A stretch of DNA of 64,000 nt from the human T2T-CHM13v2.0 reference genome, Homo sapiens. Position numbers and translations under genes: made by a program. Positions 30,007-44,200 of this stretch are shown here, piece after piece (the first letter of the stretch is position 1; the number at the start of each line of letters is the position of its first letter). The notes under the pieces are model-generated. The model searched no databases. It saw only the letters and a program-made list of their open reading frames with translations, and had not been told where the DNA came from. Location of the stretch: the NCBI RefSeq assembly GCF_009914755.1, contig NC_060935.1. The stretch is one strand, 5' to 3'.

Positions 30007-32644
30007 CAGAACAGCCAGTATGATTTTTTTTTCTGCCTGATTGTAATATCCAACATAGCTCAGACCACATTTTCTAAGCTATCAGTGTCTTTTTTTTTCC
30101 TCAGCAGTTTTCATCTCACTGTGCTTTTGCTTAATAAACAGAATATATATTCTTGTACCATAATTGAATCAATTTGAAACTCTTTGACTCTTTGTTAGTC
30201 CTTTGTGTGGTATATTATTAGACATCTTTCCAAACCCACTTATCAGGCAACTTCCATTAAAGAGAGAAGCAGCTGCTCCAAAGAACATTTTCAGGTCATC
30301 TTCATATCATTCAGATTTCACTTTTAGTTGGTTTTACTACCTGAATACCAACTCTTCTTGCCTTTATCCTGTGTGGGTTTTTTTTTTTTTTTTTTTTTTG
30401 GCACTGACACTGCTTTTTAGTACATTACATCTGACTCTTTCTCGTGGGCTTCTTCTTGAATTTGCCTCACCGACAAGACTCTCTTTTAACTAGTGACCTG
30501 GGACCCAATCAGGAGTTTATCTGTCTCACAAGATTAGCTAGATGGAATGGGAGTACTCACACACCAACTAAACTTTTCTCCATTATGTTCACATGTATTC
30601 TTTGTGCTTTATGTAAGACAATGTCTGCACAAAGTTTTATACCTTCATGGCATTGCTCCATGATCACCCTTTCAGTTGTCATCATTTCCCTCACCTTATC
30701 AGGCAATGCAGTATTTTATTTTATTTGCTTCTATTCGCTTACAAAATACTGCCTCAGGAGTCAGAAAGGCAAATTGTAAATCTTGACCCTATTGCTACCA
30801 AATAGAGTGACAATGGCTACAAAGAATATGTATTAAAAAGCACTGCCCTACATGATCACAGAAGAAAAGCCACAAAGTCATTTATCTGCAATTAGTCATA
30901 ATTGCAAAGGGACTAATATATTTTAAAAAGTCTTCCTTGGAAGAGTTGATTAACCTCTTACCTTACTAAAGCTTCATCTCACCTTGGTCCTCTAGCTCAA
31001 TGTTGCAATTTTATTGACTGAACTAGATGCATCCTTGCTCAATCGATGAGAAACTTGGGCTTTCTATTTCTACTCAGTTGTGCCTATTTGTTCAACAGAG
31101 TTTCTTGAGTGAGTGAATAAACTTAGGGGATAGAAGATTTCCTTAAGTTTAGGAACTATACACTTAGAACAATAGCTTGGGAACACTCTTTAGTGGTGAT
31201 TACATTTATAATCATAACTACCACTTTCATGGTCTAAGGGACAGAACTAACGGGCTACTTAGCAGGTCAACTATGTATGCATGGCATGGGGTGCAGGGGT
31301 AGCATGCAGCAGAATGATAATACATAACGCAATGAAGCTCTGGGGGGTGGGGGCTAAAGAACATATAGAATTTCTAGAAAATTTCTTATGTATTCCTCAT
31401 CTTGTGTCTGTAGTTACAGTATTTGTAATAATAAATTTTATTTGAGGAATTATAATTTTAACACGTTTGGTAAAAATTGTGTTTTATAAATATTTTTGGG
31501 TGAGTACTACTAAAATTATTACAGTGGACCAGAGATATAAATAAAAGATAACACTCAAGATGTTTTCAGAAGACAAGCTGTTAATGAGTGTCAATGTAAT
31601 GATAAGAAAAATATGAGTTAAATGAAAAAGGAAACTTAATGGCAAGAAAGGAGCTATGAGGAATAAAAATAACCAGGAGCATTAAATTTTGTACATTATG
31701 AATTCAAGACTTCAAAAACAAATTTGTCACAATTGACTTGTAGTCACTTGTGATAGTACTTGAAATTTTTAAAATGAGAAAAAGAGGTAAGGAAAGCAAG
31801 TAAAAAGGAAAGAGGAATCTTAAATCTAGCCAGAGAAAACACCAGCCAGCAATAAAAGTTACATTATAAGTATCTCATTCAATTCTTCCAACAATCATGT
31901 TTTGTAACAATTTATTTTATAGGTGTAGACTGAGTATTACTGTAGTATCCACTTCTGAGATCTGAGACCTTGATGAAATTTTTAATGATATGTAACAACA
32001 AAGAGATTTTAAATGTCTTTTAGGAAAAGTTCATTTCTTACTTAGCCCAAATAAGGAAAACACAATTCAGCATTCTATTCTAGATTATCTTCTTTTCTTA
32101 TTCCACATGCACCTATTTGGTGAGATCATCAATTCTCAAAGTTCTGAGCAATCAATCAATCAGACATCAATAAAACTTAGATCTTCCTTCTGAAATCCAG
32201 AAGTATATGCTTAGCTGCCTACTGAATATCTTTTTTGTGTGTGTTCTAAATATGTAACCCAATGCTTTCTAATCCAGAATTCTTTGCCTTCCCCTCACTG
32301 TTTGCTTGCCATTCACTGTTGCTTAAGTAAATGGTGCTGCCATCGTCTAATTGTTCAAGTTAGAAATGGGACATCTTTCTTGACTACTCAGTCCTCTGCC
32401 TTATGATCAAATCTAATTCTATAAATTCTTATCCATTTGTCACACTACATGTTTCTCAAACAAAAATTTTTTTCTCTTTCCTTACTATGAAGGCCTTCAT
32501 GATGTGGTGGCTGCTTAACACCTCCAGCATTATATTTTGCCGAGCCTCAAACATCTATTTAATTATGACAAATAATAATTATACTCTACATTTATAGAAC
32601 ATTTAAAAAAATATATGAGGCTTTCACATCTGTGATCTTGTTAG

Positions 32645-33191
<547 letters not shown>

Positions 33192-33361
33192 CTACTTACA
33201 TCATCGAATCTGCAAAATCACCCATTTCACAGATGATGTAGATGAGTCTCAATGATATTATGTAATTTACATAAAATCACATTACTGTTTTCTTGAAGAG
33301 ACCACCTTTGTCATTATATGTGTTTCAAACTTCTTGAAAGCCTTGCCCATGTCTTACTCAC

Positions 33362-33461
33362 CTGTGGAAGATCAGAATTATTCCTCCCAAAGTTTCTATA
33401 AGAAGTTAATTCTTGTTACAAAAATACTCTATTTTGAACATCTAAAAAAGTTATTACGAAC
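33362..33461 (-). pseudogene. 100-nt PLAT exon
   Basis: Acceptor aatttcAG, donor CAG|GTGAGT; FVITFLDVQNRVFL*QELTSYRNFGRNNSDLPQ resembles PLAT VFITL...L..NxFERGxxDxF. Confidence 0.7.
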
Positions 33462-33766
33462 CTGAAATTTGGAGAAGTTTGCTGTTTTATGAGTTTTCTT
33501 GATGTTTTCCTCCAGTCACACACATGGTTCTTGAGAGTAAATATAATTGCTTAGACCACTTTAATTTTATGGCCCTGATTTCACTCACATGAAGAGATGA
33601 TGATCCTGAAATTCTCATTTGCTTAGTAAGAAATCATTTTAATGAAGCAAGAATACACAAAAGCACCAACTAAAAAGGAATGTCAAGATGTAAGCTGTGG
33701 ATTCTTTCCTTCTAACTGCAATTTTACTTCCACAAGTTCCTACTCTGGAGTTGTAAAACTGCTTAC

Positions 33767-33843
33767 TTATGTTGGAAACTATTCCCTTTTGTGTAGGAGG
33801 CAGATGGCATTTTCTTGGCACAGCACAGAGTGGATTTGCAGAA
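33767..33843 (-). pseudogene. 77-nt PLAT exon (start of repeat)
   Basis: Long polypyrimidine acceptor ...ctccccctttttgctAG; donor TAA|GTAAGC; open frame FCKSTLCCAKKMPSASYTKGNSFQH, phase-compatible with the next exon. Confidence 0.6.
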
Positions 33844-34949
33844 CTAGCAAAAAGGGGGAGGTAACAGAGAGGGAGACAGAAAGTGTTTTTTCACGATGCT
33901 TTCCTCAGCAACAGCTGCCATGGACTGCAGTTGACTTGGCATAGAAGATCCATTCCCAGTTGAAAATAGTGGAAGTCTCTAGAGACTCCATTAAATGTTG
34001 CAAAAGAGGACACTCATCCCAAACCCCAACTGAAAACTGTATGGCATTTAGAGAAACCTGAATGTCATACAGGTTAAGGTTTGTTCTGCCTACTCTCCTG
34101 TGCTGAAGTGAGAATTAAATAAAACAACCTATGTGAGTAATAATACTAATCTCTTTTATTCTATAACCATATTTTCATTGTTTTAAATAAACTTGACATA
34201 TAGTAGTCATGTATCAGAAACCCTAAGATTACATCTGGGTTCCGGATGTATTTTGATTCTTCCAGATAGAATTTTTAAAAATAATGAATGAGTTGTCAAT
34301 ACTTAATGAGGCTTCATAGAACTATCTTGTGAACAATTGCAAAGCTCACTCTCCCATTCCTGACAAGTACCAACACACTGGACCTGAGGACAGAGCACTC
34401 TCTCTCTCAAGAGTCTCAATTACTTATTCCCCTCATTTGAACTAAATCACTTGACTTAAAATGGATTTGTATAGAGTGATTGGGTTTCTGTCCTCTGACC
34501 AGGAATCAGTAATATTTTCCTTTCTTTTGGAATAACTTTTCTTAGGCTATACCAAATAACCAGACTTCAGAAGCTTGGGTTGGTGATGATAGAATGCTTC
34601 TCATTAGGCAGCAGGAAGGCTTTACTCTATTTTCTGAGTGTTTTACCTAAGAGTATCCTCAAAGAGTATACTCAAGAGTAGCAACACTTGGGGAAAGATC
34701 TGAGAACTGTATGTTGAGGAAAGCCCACCCTACCCCTGCACACACATACCCAGAGCACACACACGAACATGAACATCTCTGTAGAACGTTCTCTTCCCTC
34801 TGTTCCTTTCATGAAGACTACTAAAGATTTTCCCACCAGTTCTCTATAACAATACTTTTTAAAGCATTTTTTTTTTCACATTAAAATGTAGTTGCCCCAA
34901 CCATTTTTTCCAAGATGTTTGCTAGGGAGGAAATGTGGCAGAAAGAACC

Positions 34950-35168
34950 AGTCTGCTTGGACTCAAACTGACTAGAATTTTCAGGTTAATCTACTAGCAG
35001 TGCAAACTTAAACGTGTTATTTAATGGCAGTAAGCCTTAGTTTCCTCATTCTTAATATGGAAGTAACAATATCTACTTTGTATATAAATAATTAGAATTG
35101 AAGCAGATAACTTTGAAAGCATCTCTAACATACTGTCTGGCAAAGAATTAGAGGTTAACAAATATTGC
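34950..35168 (+). mobile_element. MIR
   Basis: agccttagtttcctcatt...atatggaagtaacaata. Confidence 0.7.
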
Positions 35169-35699
35169 ACTTTCTCCCCAAGCGGTTAGTTAATCAATCT
35201 GAAATATCCTTCCCAAATGACATTTAAATTTTAGTAGTGACTTTTATTGCCTTAATTGATGGGAATGAGTGTATGAGAATTTTAGTCAATGCCAAATAAT
35301 TAGAAAGGGGAAATATTTTGGAAGTAAAAAAAAAAAAATCTTCTTTGCTTTGAAGCTGTAACTAAGCAGTGCCTTAACTTCAGCTACTTAGCAATATTGA
35401 AAAATAGTACCTATCCCCCCAAAATAATTGTCAGATTATTTGGTATCTGTTATTGGATTTTGCATGTGTAATTGTCTATAATTGTACATAAGATTTAGTT
35501 AAAGCATTTCCACGTATTTTGTTGAGCTCTTTCCTTTCCCTCAAATATAGTTACTTTTAAGGAGCAGGCAGAGCCACCTAGGTAGCTTAGAGAAGCTATT
35601 GACATTTAGAAAAGGGTGCTTTTTTTATCTTAAGATAAATTCAGTCTAACTCTAAGAAGATGCTTAAAACTCTGGTGACTTGCTCTGTCCCTCTCCTGT

Positions 35700-36075
35700 G
35701 GGGTTGTTCCAGAAGAGTCCTACTATCCAAGCTGCTAAAAAGACGTGTCTTGGGGAGTAAATGTGAACTAAATAAAAACACAGCAACGGGAACCAGGCTT
35801 CATTTGTGCTCCTTTGAAAGATAAAAATAACACCCAGTGTAGTAGAGAATCCCTGAATGCTGATCACAATGCATAAGAAAAAAAGCACAGTACAAATAAA
35901 AAGCATCTCATTCCCAGGGACATACTTCTCATACACAGCTTTGCAATCTGAGCAGTTACTAAATGCAGGGCCTCCTCCTTTCGTTTTTCTCTCTGTCCTC
36001 TAGGGGTGACGGAGTGCTCCAAATACAACCTTAATTGGTCTGCTCTGTCTTAACAGACCCATCTGCCATGGCTTC
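35700..36075 (-). pseudogene. PLAT repeat remnant
   Basis: WQ-SVKT, VTPRGQR, then ORF 35664-35936: YVPGNEMLF...LGVIF..STNEAWF....VHI...RHVFLAAWI. Confidence 0.6.
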
Positions 36076-36947
36076 TAAGTGCATCTCTTGGGTCTTTGTT
36101 GTGTTCCCTGTGCATGGCGGGGATCCTTCACTCTGTCTTGCAGTAGCTGCATGCTAAATTTTCATATATATTCAATTCATTTTCTAAGACTTTTTTTTTT
36201 TCCTGAGAAAGGTTTTTAAGTCACTCAGGTCTTTGTGAAGCATTTATGCTTAACTTTTTCACTGGTAATGTGCTTGAAAATTATTTAAAAGTAAGCAAAC
36301 AAAAACATCAAAAAATAAGAGATATATAGTGCCTAAACAAGATGTGCTTTTCATATTTGTGAATAAGGCAGGATGCATATGAACAGATTTAGCTCAGAAT
36401 GGAATTTCTACACATTAGGAAAATGATCTTTTGATATGTTCATCTCCTTAGCAAACGCCTGGTACTGCCAAAGTGAATATTGCAAATATCAGGGTCTGGC
36501 TTCCACTACTAGAATCAGTATTTTAAAACAACTAGTTTCACTGTACTTTATTTTGACTGAGTTATGCCTAATTTGCCTTTCCTTTCAAAGTCATTGATAA
36601 TCCAGTGCCTTCTGCCCAGAGTATACCTGCAGATATTCCTTTTGTGTTCTGTAAGATGTTGCACACCTGTGCCCTGTGAACATGGATAATATGAATTAAT
36701 CACTAGGAGAATGGTGTGTATTCCGTAAACTGAGAAAATTAAGTCCCTAATTTTGGAAATTTGAAATTTATCAAATCCCTCTCAAAGCCATGGAGCTACT
36801 ATACATTGAGTGTATAATATTATCTGTTTTGTTAAGTAGGTAATATATAACTGCAAATATTTTAAGTTTTATGTATAATTCCCTCTATATATCTGGCCAA
36901 CCTGGTGCCTTCTTATTCAAAACCATGTGACTCTAGATTTTACAGTG

Positions 36948-38392
36948 GTGATATTGTGATTTATAATAAGAAATAGTCATGCATAGCTTAACAACAAGGA
37001 TATATTCTGAGAAATGGGTCATTGGATGATTCTATTCTCATGTGAACATCACAGATTGTACTTACACAAACCTAGATGGTATAGCCACCTATACACGTAG
37101 GCTATATACAGTACAGCCTATTGATCATAGGCTACAAAGCTGTGCAGCATGTCATAGTATTGAATACTGTAGGCAATTGTAATACAGTGATACGTATCTA
37201 TGTATCTAAACACACCTGGATGTAAAAAAGGTAAAATAAAAATATGGCATAAAAGATAAAACATAGTACATCTGTACAGGACACTTACCATAAATGGAGG
37301 TTGCAGGACTGGAAGTTGCTCTGGGTGAGTCAGTGAGTGAGTGGTAAGTGATTATGAAGGCCTAGGACATTACCGTGCACTATGGTAGATTTTATAAGTA
37401 CTGTACACTTGGGCTACACTAAATTTATAAAAAATATTTGTATTCAATAATAAGTTAACCTTAGTTTACTGTAACTTTTTAACTCTATAAACTTTTATTT
37501 TTTGATGCTTTTGATGCTTAAGAATTAGCTTAAAACACAAACACATTTCATAGCTGAACAAATACTTTTTCTTTATATCATTATTCTATAAGCTTTTTGT
37601 ATTTTACCTTATTTTTTACTTTTTAAATTTTTTGTTAAAAATAAGATGCAAAACACACACATTAACCTAGGCCTCCACAGGGTCAGGATGATTAATATCA
37701 CTGTCTTCCACCTCCACATCTTGTCCCACTGGAAGGTCTTCAGGGGCAGTAACAGAAACAGGAGTAGTGTTTCATATGACAACAATGCCTTCTATTTGAA
37801 TTCCTCCTGAAGGACCTGCCTGTGGCTGTTTTGCAGTTAGATATATACATACATATATATGTTATAAATATGTATAGTTATACATATATGTGTATAACTG
37901 GAAGGAGTATACTCTAAAATAACAAGTATAGTGTAGGAGATGCATAAGCCAGTAACATAGTCATTTATAATCATTATCAAGTTGTATTATGTACTGCACA
38001 TTATTGTACGTGCTATACTTTTATAAGACTGTCAATGCAGTAGGTTTCTTTACACCAGTATCAACACCAGCATGTGAGTAATGAATTTCACTATGATGTT
38101 ACACTAGCTAAGATGTCACTTGGCTATGGAATTTTTCAGCTCCATTATAATCTTATGGATCCACTATCATGTATGTGGTTTATTGTTGATCAAAACATGA
38201 TTATGCAAGACATGACTATATATTTTGGCCTTTGTCCCCTGTTCCTGGCATAGAGCTTCTAAAATCCTTTGTAATTTTCTAAGTGATAGGTGTGCTAGGA
38301 GCATACTTTCCTCAAATATTTTGCCTTTGACCCTGATTCTTGACACAGAGTTTTTAATCCTATGAGGTTTCCTTGGTGGTAGAAGCTTTTTG
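36948..38392 (+). mobile_element. MER21-like LTR fragment, split by Tigger3
   Basis: gtgatattgtgatttataataagaaa | tatattttggcctttgtcccctgttcctggcatagagc. Confidence 0.75.
36974..38218 (+). mobile_element. Tigger3b-like (TcMar) DNA transposon, ~1.24 kb
   Basis: Terminal inverted repeats tagtcatg...catgacta; tgtacttacacaaacctagatggtatagcc. Confidence 0.9.
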
Positions 38393-39419
38393 TGGAGTTA
38401 TACATTGACAGCCACTTCTGTTTTTATAGAGAGAAATAAAATGTAGTAATGGGGAAGTAGATGGTAGTGTTTAGGAGGAGAATTTACTATCACTGTTCCT
38501 TGATTTTGTTACTCTTATTCCTCTAATTGAAATTCAGTAAGAAATGTTCATAGACAGAGAAATACAATTTGACATCTATCATGGAAAGTAGGAAAAAAAT
38601 TTTTTCCAAACAGTTTTTGAAACATACACTTTCCACCAGCAAGGGAAAAACAACTCACTGTATTCCACCTGCTCTTCCATATGCTAATATCTTGTGTGAA
38701 AAAAGGTTTTTGTTTGTTTGTTTATTCTTTTGGAGAAATTATGATTAACAGCTAGATACATTGTTTATATCTTACATGGGTGGAATCAGAAAATAAGAGA
38801 CTTGAAGCAATTTGACAAGAAGAAAATATTAAGCAAGAGGAAGATGTTCTGCTCCCAGTGCCAGAGAGTGTTAGAGGGGAAGCGAAAACTCAGGTCATCA
38901 GATTTCTGATATCCTGAGAATTCAAGATGCATGGCATAGAATTTCACATACACGAATACAAGAACAGAAAGAAAAAAGGAAAGATAATTATGCTATCATG
39001 GTAGGAAAGTCAAGAATCTAGCCAATGGTGTCATTTTAATTGCTTTATAAAGCTTTCCCACTTTTTAAAGCTGTTTCGGTAAATTTATTTCAGGTGGTCA
39101 CCTACTGAAATATGGAGGCTTTTTTCTTTGCTCACCTTTGGAGATAGACTGGAGGAAATAAGTGTACAAAACTAACTGGTAGAAATCTATCACAGTAACA
39201 TTAAAAAGATCTGTTTTTCAGTCACCTCTCTCTTCAGGGAAACATTACATATTTGTCAGTTATTATCTATCATTTCTTATCTCTGCTTATATATGTCTGC
39301 AGAACTGATCATATCAAATAAAAAGGGCTTTTGTAATTAAGAGTGCTTTCCTTCCATGATAGATTTCAATTTACTCTTTTTGTCAACAATAACAAAAAAG
39401 ATATTTTAAAATAAAAGAC

Positions 39420-40310
39420 CTTGTTTTAGAAGCTTTTAAATTTTTCAGATAAACATTATCCATCATTAATAAACCATTGTAATTCCATTATCTAGCATTT
39501 AATTTAGTGTTTACTCATAAATGATAGCTGTAACGCATGATGACATATCACAGCCTGGGATGAAAACACGCGGCTTTGGATTTCTCATTTGATTTTACTC
39601 CTCATTTTTTTAGCAGGGATTGCTCTTGAAGTTTTAAATGTTGTGGATGAGGAAGGCAAGGAATGACTAGGTTAATATCTAATTATAATGAAAATATGGG
39701 AGTTCTATTATCTCTTCTATCATTAGCTATTTTTAACTCAGTTACTGTAGGCAGTGACAAAGACATAAAATCTGTCAAGTGCCACTCTGTCTTCAGAAGA
39801 AAAATGCATACAAATAGGGTTTTTATTACATATCCTTGAATAAATTTGGAAAATTAAAAAATCTAGTATTAAATGTAAGTTATTATAATAAGTACTTCTG
39901 CATTAAATAATTGGAGCGAAAAACTGGATTCGTTTAAACATAGAATACAAGGGATTTGTGTAAAAGTTTTAAAGCTGGTGAAAGTTACTATCCCTTTAAA
40001 CTTGTGGCTGATTCTTTTTCAAGATAACTTCTTATTGTGCACTTCTTATTTTCTGGCTGGTTAGCGTGTGATTAATGTAGTCTCGTCATTTTGTCATCAA
40101 GCCAGGGATCTATATGCAGGAGGGTTGGGTATTCCCCTAAAAGATGCTGTTGCTATCATCTTGATGTCTACTTGAAGAGAGTTTTCCTCAAAACTGAAAA
40201 TCCTATACAATGTAGAATTGGCATTGTCTCACAGGTACAAATGGGCATATAGAAACAGTTTATATGAGGTTTTTTCTTTTGTCCTTGCTTTTTAATTTGC
40301 TTTTTTTTCT
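39420..40310 (-). pseudogene. Two PLAT repeat remnants
   Basis: *QNDETTLIT, KKNQ-HKF, NESSFSLQLFNAEVLI; then FYVFVTA...NSHIFIII..SHSLP, RVFIPGCD, NVYLKNL. Confidence 0.55.
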
Positions 40311-40442
40311 TCTAGAAATAATCTCCAGTTTTTCCTTGGTATTCTCAGCCAAGAAAATTTGCCATAGAGCATCAGAATAATCAATGTCATGTCAAATAAA
40401 TTTTATAAGATTTTTTCAATTAAATTAACCATCAAGGAAAAA

Positions 40443-40450
40443 TGATAGAC

Positions 40451-40500
<50 letters not shown>

Positions 40501-40506
40501 CAGATG
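40443..40506. repeat. (GATA)n tetranucleotide STR
   Basis: About 11 perfect AGAT units with GACA variants. Confidence 0.95.
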
Positions 40507-40774
40507 GTAAATAGAGAGGCTGTTCCCTCCATATAATGAGGTTTTTGAGAGGGGAAAGAAGGCCTGTGACCCTTGAGGACACTGAAAACTCTTGTGAACT
40601 TGCTGTATTAATGAAATAATGTATTTTGAGGAAGAATTATTGTGAGCAAATACAAAACTATAATATATCTCCCTTTCAGATACCCATCTCCCCAAAAAAG
40701 GAAGACCTGGCAGTCTAATTTGTGTTTTTGACCTAGCTTGTCTGAATCCGGGTAATTGTCTTGTTCATTAATAC

Positions 40775-41220
40775 CTGACCAATTTTTAATAATAGAATCT
40801 CTTATTCTATCTCAAAGGCTTCCCTTCTTTCAATATTTCCTGAATTATTTCCTATTCCTTTCTCCCTTCAAAGTTGAGTTTTAAATATAACCAATCTCTT
40901 TGTGAGGATGGAGTTATGAATTGATAATTAGATGTTTCGTGTATATGAGCAAGAAAAATCAGAAAAAGAAATTTGAAGAGACAGAGAGAGTGGGGAGGAG
41001 AGAGAAGGAGAAAGCAGATACTGATAAAAAGTAGACAGTATAATTATTATCAATCTCCAGTGATAATGGAGAGCCAATGGCATCCTTAGTTTCTCAGAAC
41101 ATTCCAGTGGCTGGTACTCACCTGTCTTATCACTGACTAAGCTTTAAGAGATGATACTATATCTTCTATTCACATTTTTTGCTTATTCTTGACCAAGTGA
41201 ACATCAGAAAAAAACTTCAA
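40775..41220 (-). pseudogene. PLAT repeat exon remnant
   Basis: HWLSIITGD***LYCLLFISIC; KEIGYI; GIGNNSG...FEIE*EILLLK; donor CAG|GTATTA. Confidence 0.65.
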
Positions 41221-41269
41221 TAATCAAAGTATTATTTATTTATTCTACATGATTCAATAAGAAATATAA

Positions 41270-42995
41270 GTAATATAGTTTTATGGTTATGATAATGTTT
41301 TATAGTCTTGTAATGTGTTACTATGGAGGGAGACTTTATGAATGGTACACAGGAACTCTGTGTTATTTCTATACTTTTATTGTGAGTTGCTAACTACCTC
41401 AACATAAAAGTTAAAAGAATGACCTAGGCACCCAAACCTTGGTTTCTAATACCATTGTCCATTGAAAGGATGCAGAACTCCCTAGATAAATGGCTGATTC
41501 GAGGATTGGAATAGGAAATAAACAAAATGACTGGAGCCTCTCATAGAAATAAAACAAAATGCTCAAAAATTCCAAAAACATGGGGCTCGGTTAAATGGAT
41601 ACAGAAGTCAGCTGAAATTCCAGAGCCCCAAACTGGGACAATTTGAACAATACAACAAATAAAACAGTATTGGATTATAATTTGAAGTATAAAATAAATA
41701 TCCATGAGTCTATACTTATAAATAACCAAATAACTAAATGAGGGTGAATAGACAAATCTTATACACTGAAAAATTACAAATAATATATATAGGTACTTCA
41801 TCCTCAACATGATGGAGCATAATTCCCCACTCCATTAGTGTGAGCTACTCACATTGATTTCCTTCAAAAGAATACAGTACTAAAAAGTAGGAAAATACTA
41901 AGCTTAGAATGGAAAATCCTAATAAACACTGTTTTAGCCAGGTGATCAACAATAGCATCAATAGTTATAAGTCATATTGATAGTGATGCAGGACAGGTGA
42001 GCCTCAAAATTAGGGCTTAGCCTGGGAGGGTTCTTGACTGTGCCCAGGAAAGAATTCAAGGGTGAGCCATTGGTACTGGAAAGCAACTTTTATGAAAGCT
42101 GCAGTGTACAGCAGCAACAGATGTACCAATCCTTGCATAACAGGGTTACCCCATGGGCAGTGTGCCCAGAGTAGCATCATGTGGGCTGTTGGCAGCTATA
42201 TTTATACCAACTTTAATTACATGCTAATTAAGAGACAGGTCATTTAGAACTTTCTAGAAAAGGGGCAGAGTTCCTGGAACCATATAAGGTAACTTCTGGA
42301 CCACTGCCATGTCCTGTTGCAATGGCATTTGTAAACTATTATGGTGCCAGACAGAGTGTCTATGCTAATGAGCAGTAAGGGCAACTAGAGGTTATTTTTC
42401 CTTGCTGTCTGCTGGTTTGGGCTGGTTTCCTCACTATACCCTGTTTAGACCAGATACTGCTCTGATCAGGGGGGTCACAAATGGGGCCGTGACCAGTGCT
42501 TGGAAAACAAGTCCTGTTGATCTCCCACCTCAATAGTATGTACCCTTAATATGATGTCATGAAAATGACCCTTCACAGCTGAGGTCTTCCTCCCAAAAAC
42601 CGAACTCCAGTTTAATCATGAGAGAAACATCAGACAAATTTGAATTGAAGAATGCTCTACAAAGTACTTGATGAGTAAACTTCAAGACTGTTTTTCAAAA
42701 AACAGGGCATTATGAGAAATTTTCACAGCAAACAGCCCAAGATAATACGGTGACTAAATGTAATGTACCCTAGATGGTATCCTGGAAGATAAAAAGGGCA
42801 TTAAGCAAACACTAAAAAAATAAATAACATGTAGACTTTAATTCATAATCATTTAAAAATATTGTTTTATTAATAATGACTATGCTACTACATTTGTGTG
42901 AGATGTTTGTTAAAGAAAATCCAGATGTGGGGTGAAAGGAAACTCTTTGTATAATCTTCACTTTTTCCGTAATTCTACTACTATTCTAAAACTAA
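41270..42995 (+). mobile_element. L1MC/MD-type 3' region
   Basis: ggtacacaggaactctg; aaaccttggtttctaatacc; ggtgactaaatgtaatg. Confidence 0.75.
41984..42532 (-). mobile_element. MER66-like ERV1 solo LTR
   Basis: TG...CA ends; perfect 4-bp TSD atag at 41980-41983 and 42533-42536. Confidence 0.8.
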
Positions 42996-43598
42996 AATTT
43001 TACAAAACAGTGCCAAAAAATGTGCTGACAGTGTTTCACCCAGATTAATTTAGTTAATTTTATAGATCCATTTGTTGAATAAACCAAACCATCTTTAGAC
43101 TTTACATACACACACACACACACACACACACAGAATGAGAGAGGAGGAGAGAGACAGAGAGGGAGACAGAGAGATAAATATTTACGTAAAATTTGTTTGG
43201 GTACAACCTTTATTTTTATTATAATATCTATGCACTGATATGGCATTTTTATTTTTGTAAGTTTACTATACATTTTACCATCTGATTTATACCTCAGTTT
43301 TCTTATTTGTAAAATCAGGATATTATAGACTCACTGGATTGCAGTGAGATATAATCAAATTATATTTATAAGGCATTAGCTGACATTTCTGGCCACAAAA
43401 TAAATTGGAAATGAATATCTAAATTTAACTTTCCTGCAGTGGACTACATATCATGATTGCAATGCATATTCTCTAGAAAAACTGGTATTAAATTAATAAT
43501 ATACCTAAAGTATCTGAAAATCAAGGAAATCAATCCAGATGGATTGTTTGTATCATTTTTAATTTGGTTTCACATTGGGTAAATAAATATTTCGTATC

Positions 43599-44200
43599 TG
43601 TAGCAGATTGTATTTTGTAAAGATAGTCAACAATATCTCCCATTCCACTTGATCTTCTGCAGTGTGACCTTGCCATTTTCCCTTCAAGAGACAATGTCTC
43701 ATTCCTCTCTTCTTGAGTCTAGGCTGGAGAGAGTGCCTTTTCTGTAACAGATAGAATGTGCCAGATGTGATCCTGTGTGACTTTTAGGTTGACTCAGAGA
43801 AGACCATGCAGCTTCCACCTTGCTCTTGGCTACAGCCTTTCCTTGGGGGATGTTTTCTCTTAGGATCCAGACACAGGGAAATACAAGTCACACACAAAAA
43901 AGCCATGTGTAGGTGCTTTGGTTGACAATACTAAACGTTGGCAACCTAAACGTCGCGTTCTTCCATCCCAGTTACCAGACATATGACAGACATATGAATG
44001 AATACACCTTTAGATAATTTCAGCCCACACCTGCTTGAGTCAACACAACATTCTGAGTTTTTCTAACTGAAGCTCCAGATATAGTGGAGAGGAGAGACTA
44101 GTCATCCCTGTTGTACCATCTAAAATCCTCACCACAGAATCTGTGGTTATTGTTAAGCCACTTAATTTAAGATGGTTTATTATGCAGCAATTAATACCCA
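43599..44200 (+). mobile_element. MLT1G/H-like LTR
   Basis: tgtagcagattgtattt...cagtgtgaccttgcca...ttattatgcagcaat. Confidence 0.75.

Noticed and set aside
35790-40120. Motif-dense unique segments first read as enhancers (TCF, GATA, MEF2, FOX, HOX sites)
   Set aside because: Short motifs are expected by chance in AT-rich DNA, and the segments are better explained as PLAT exon remnants; later co-option cannot be excluded.
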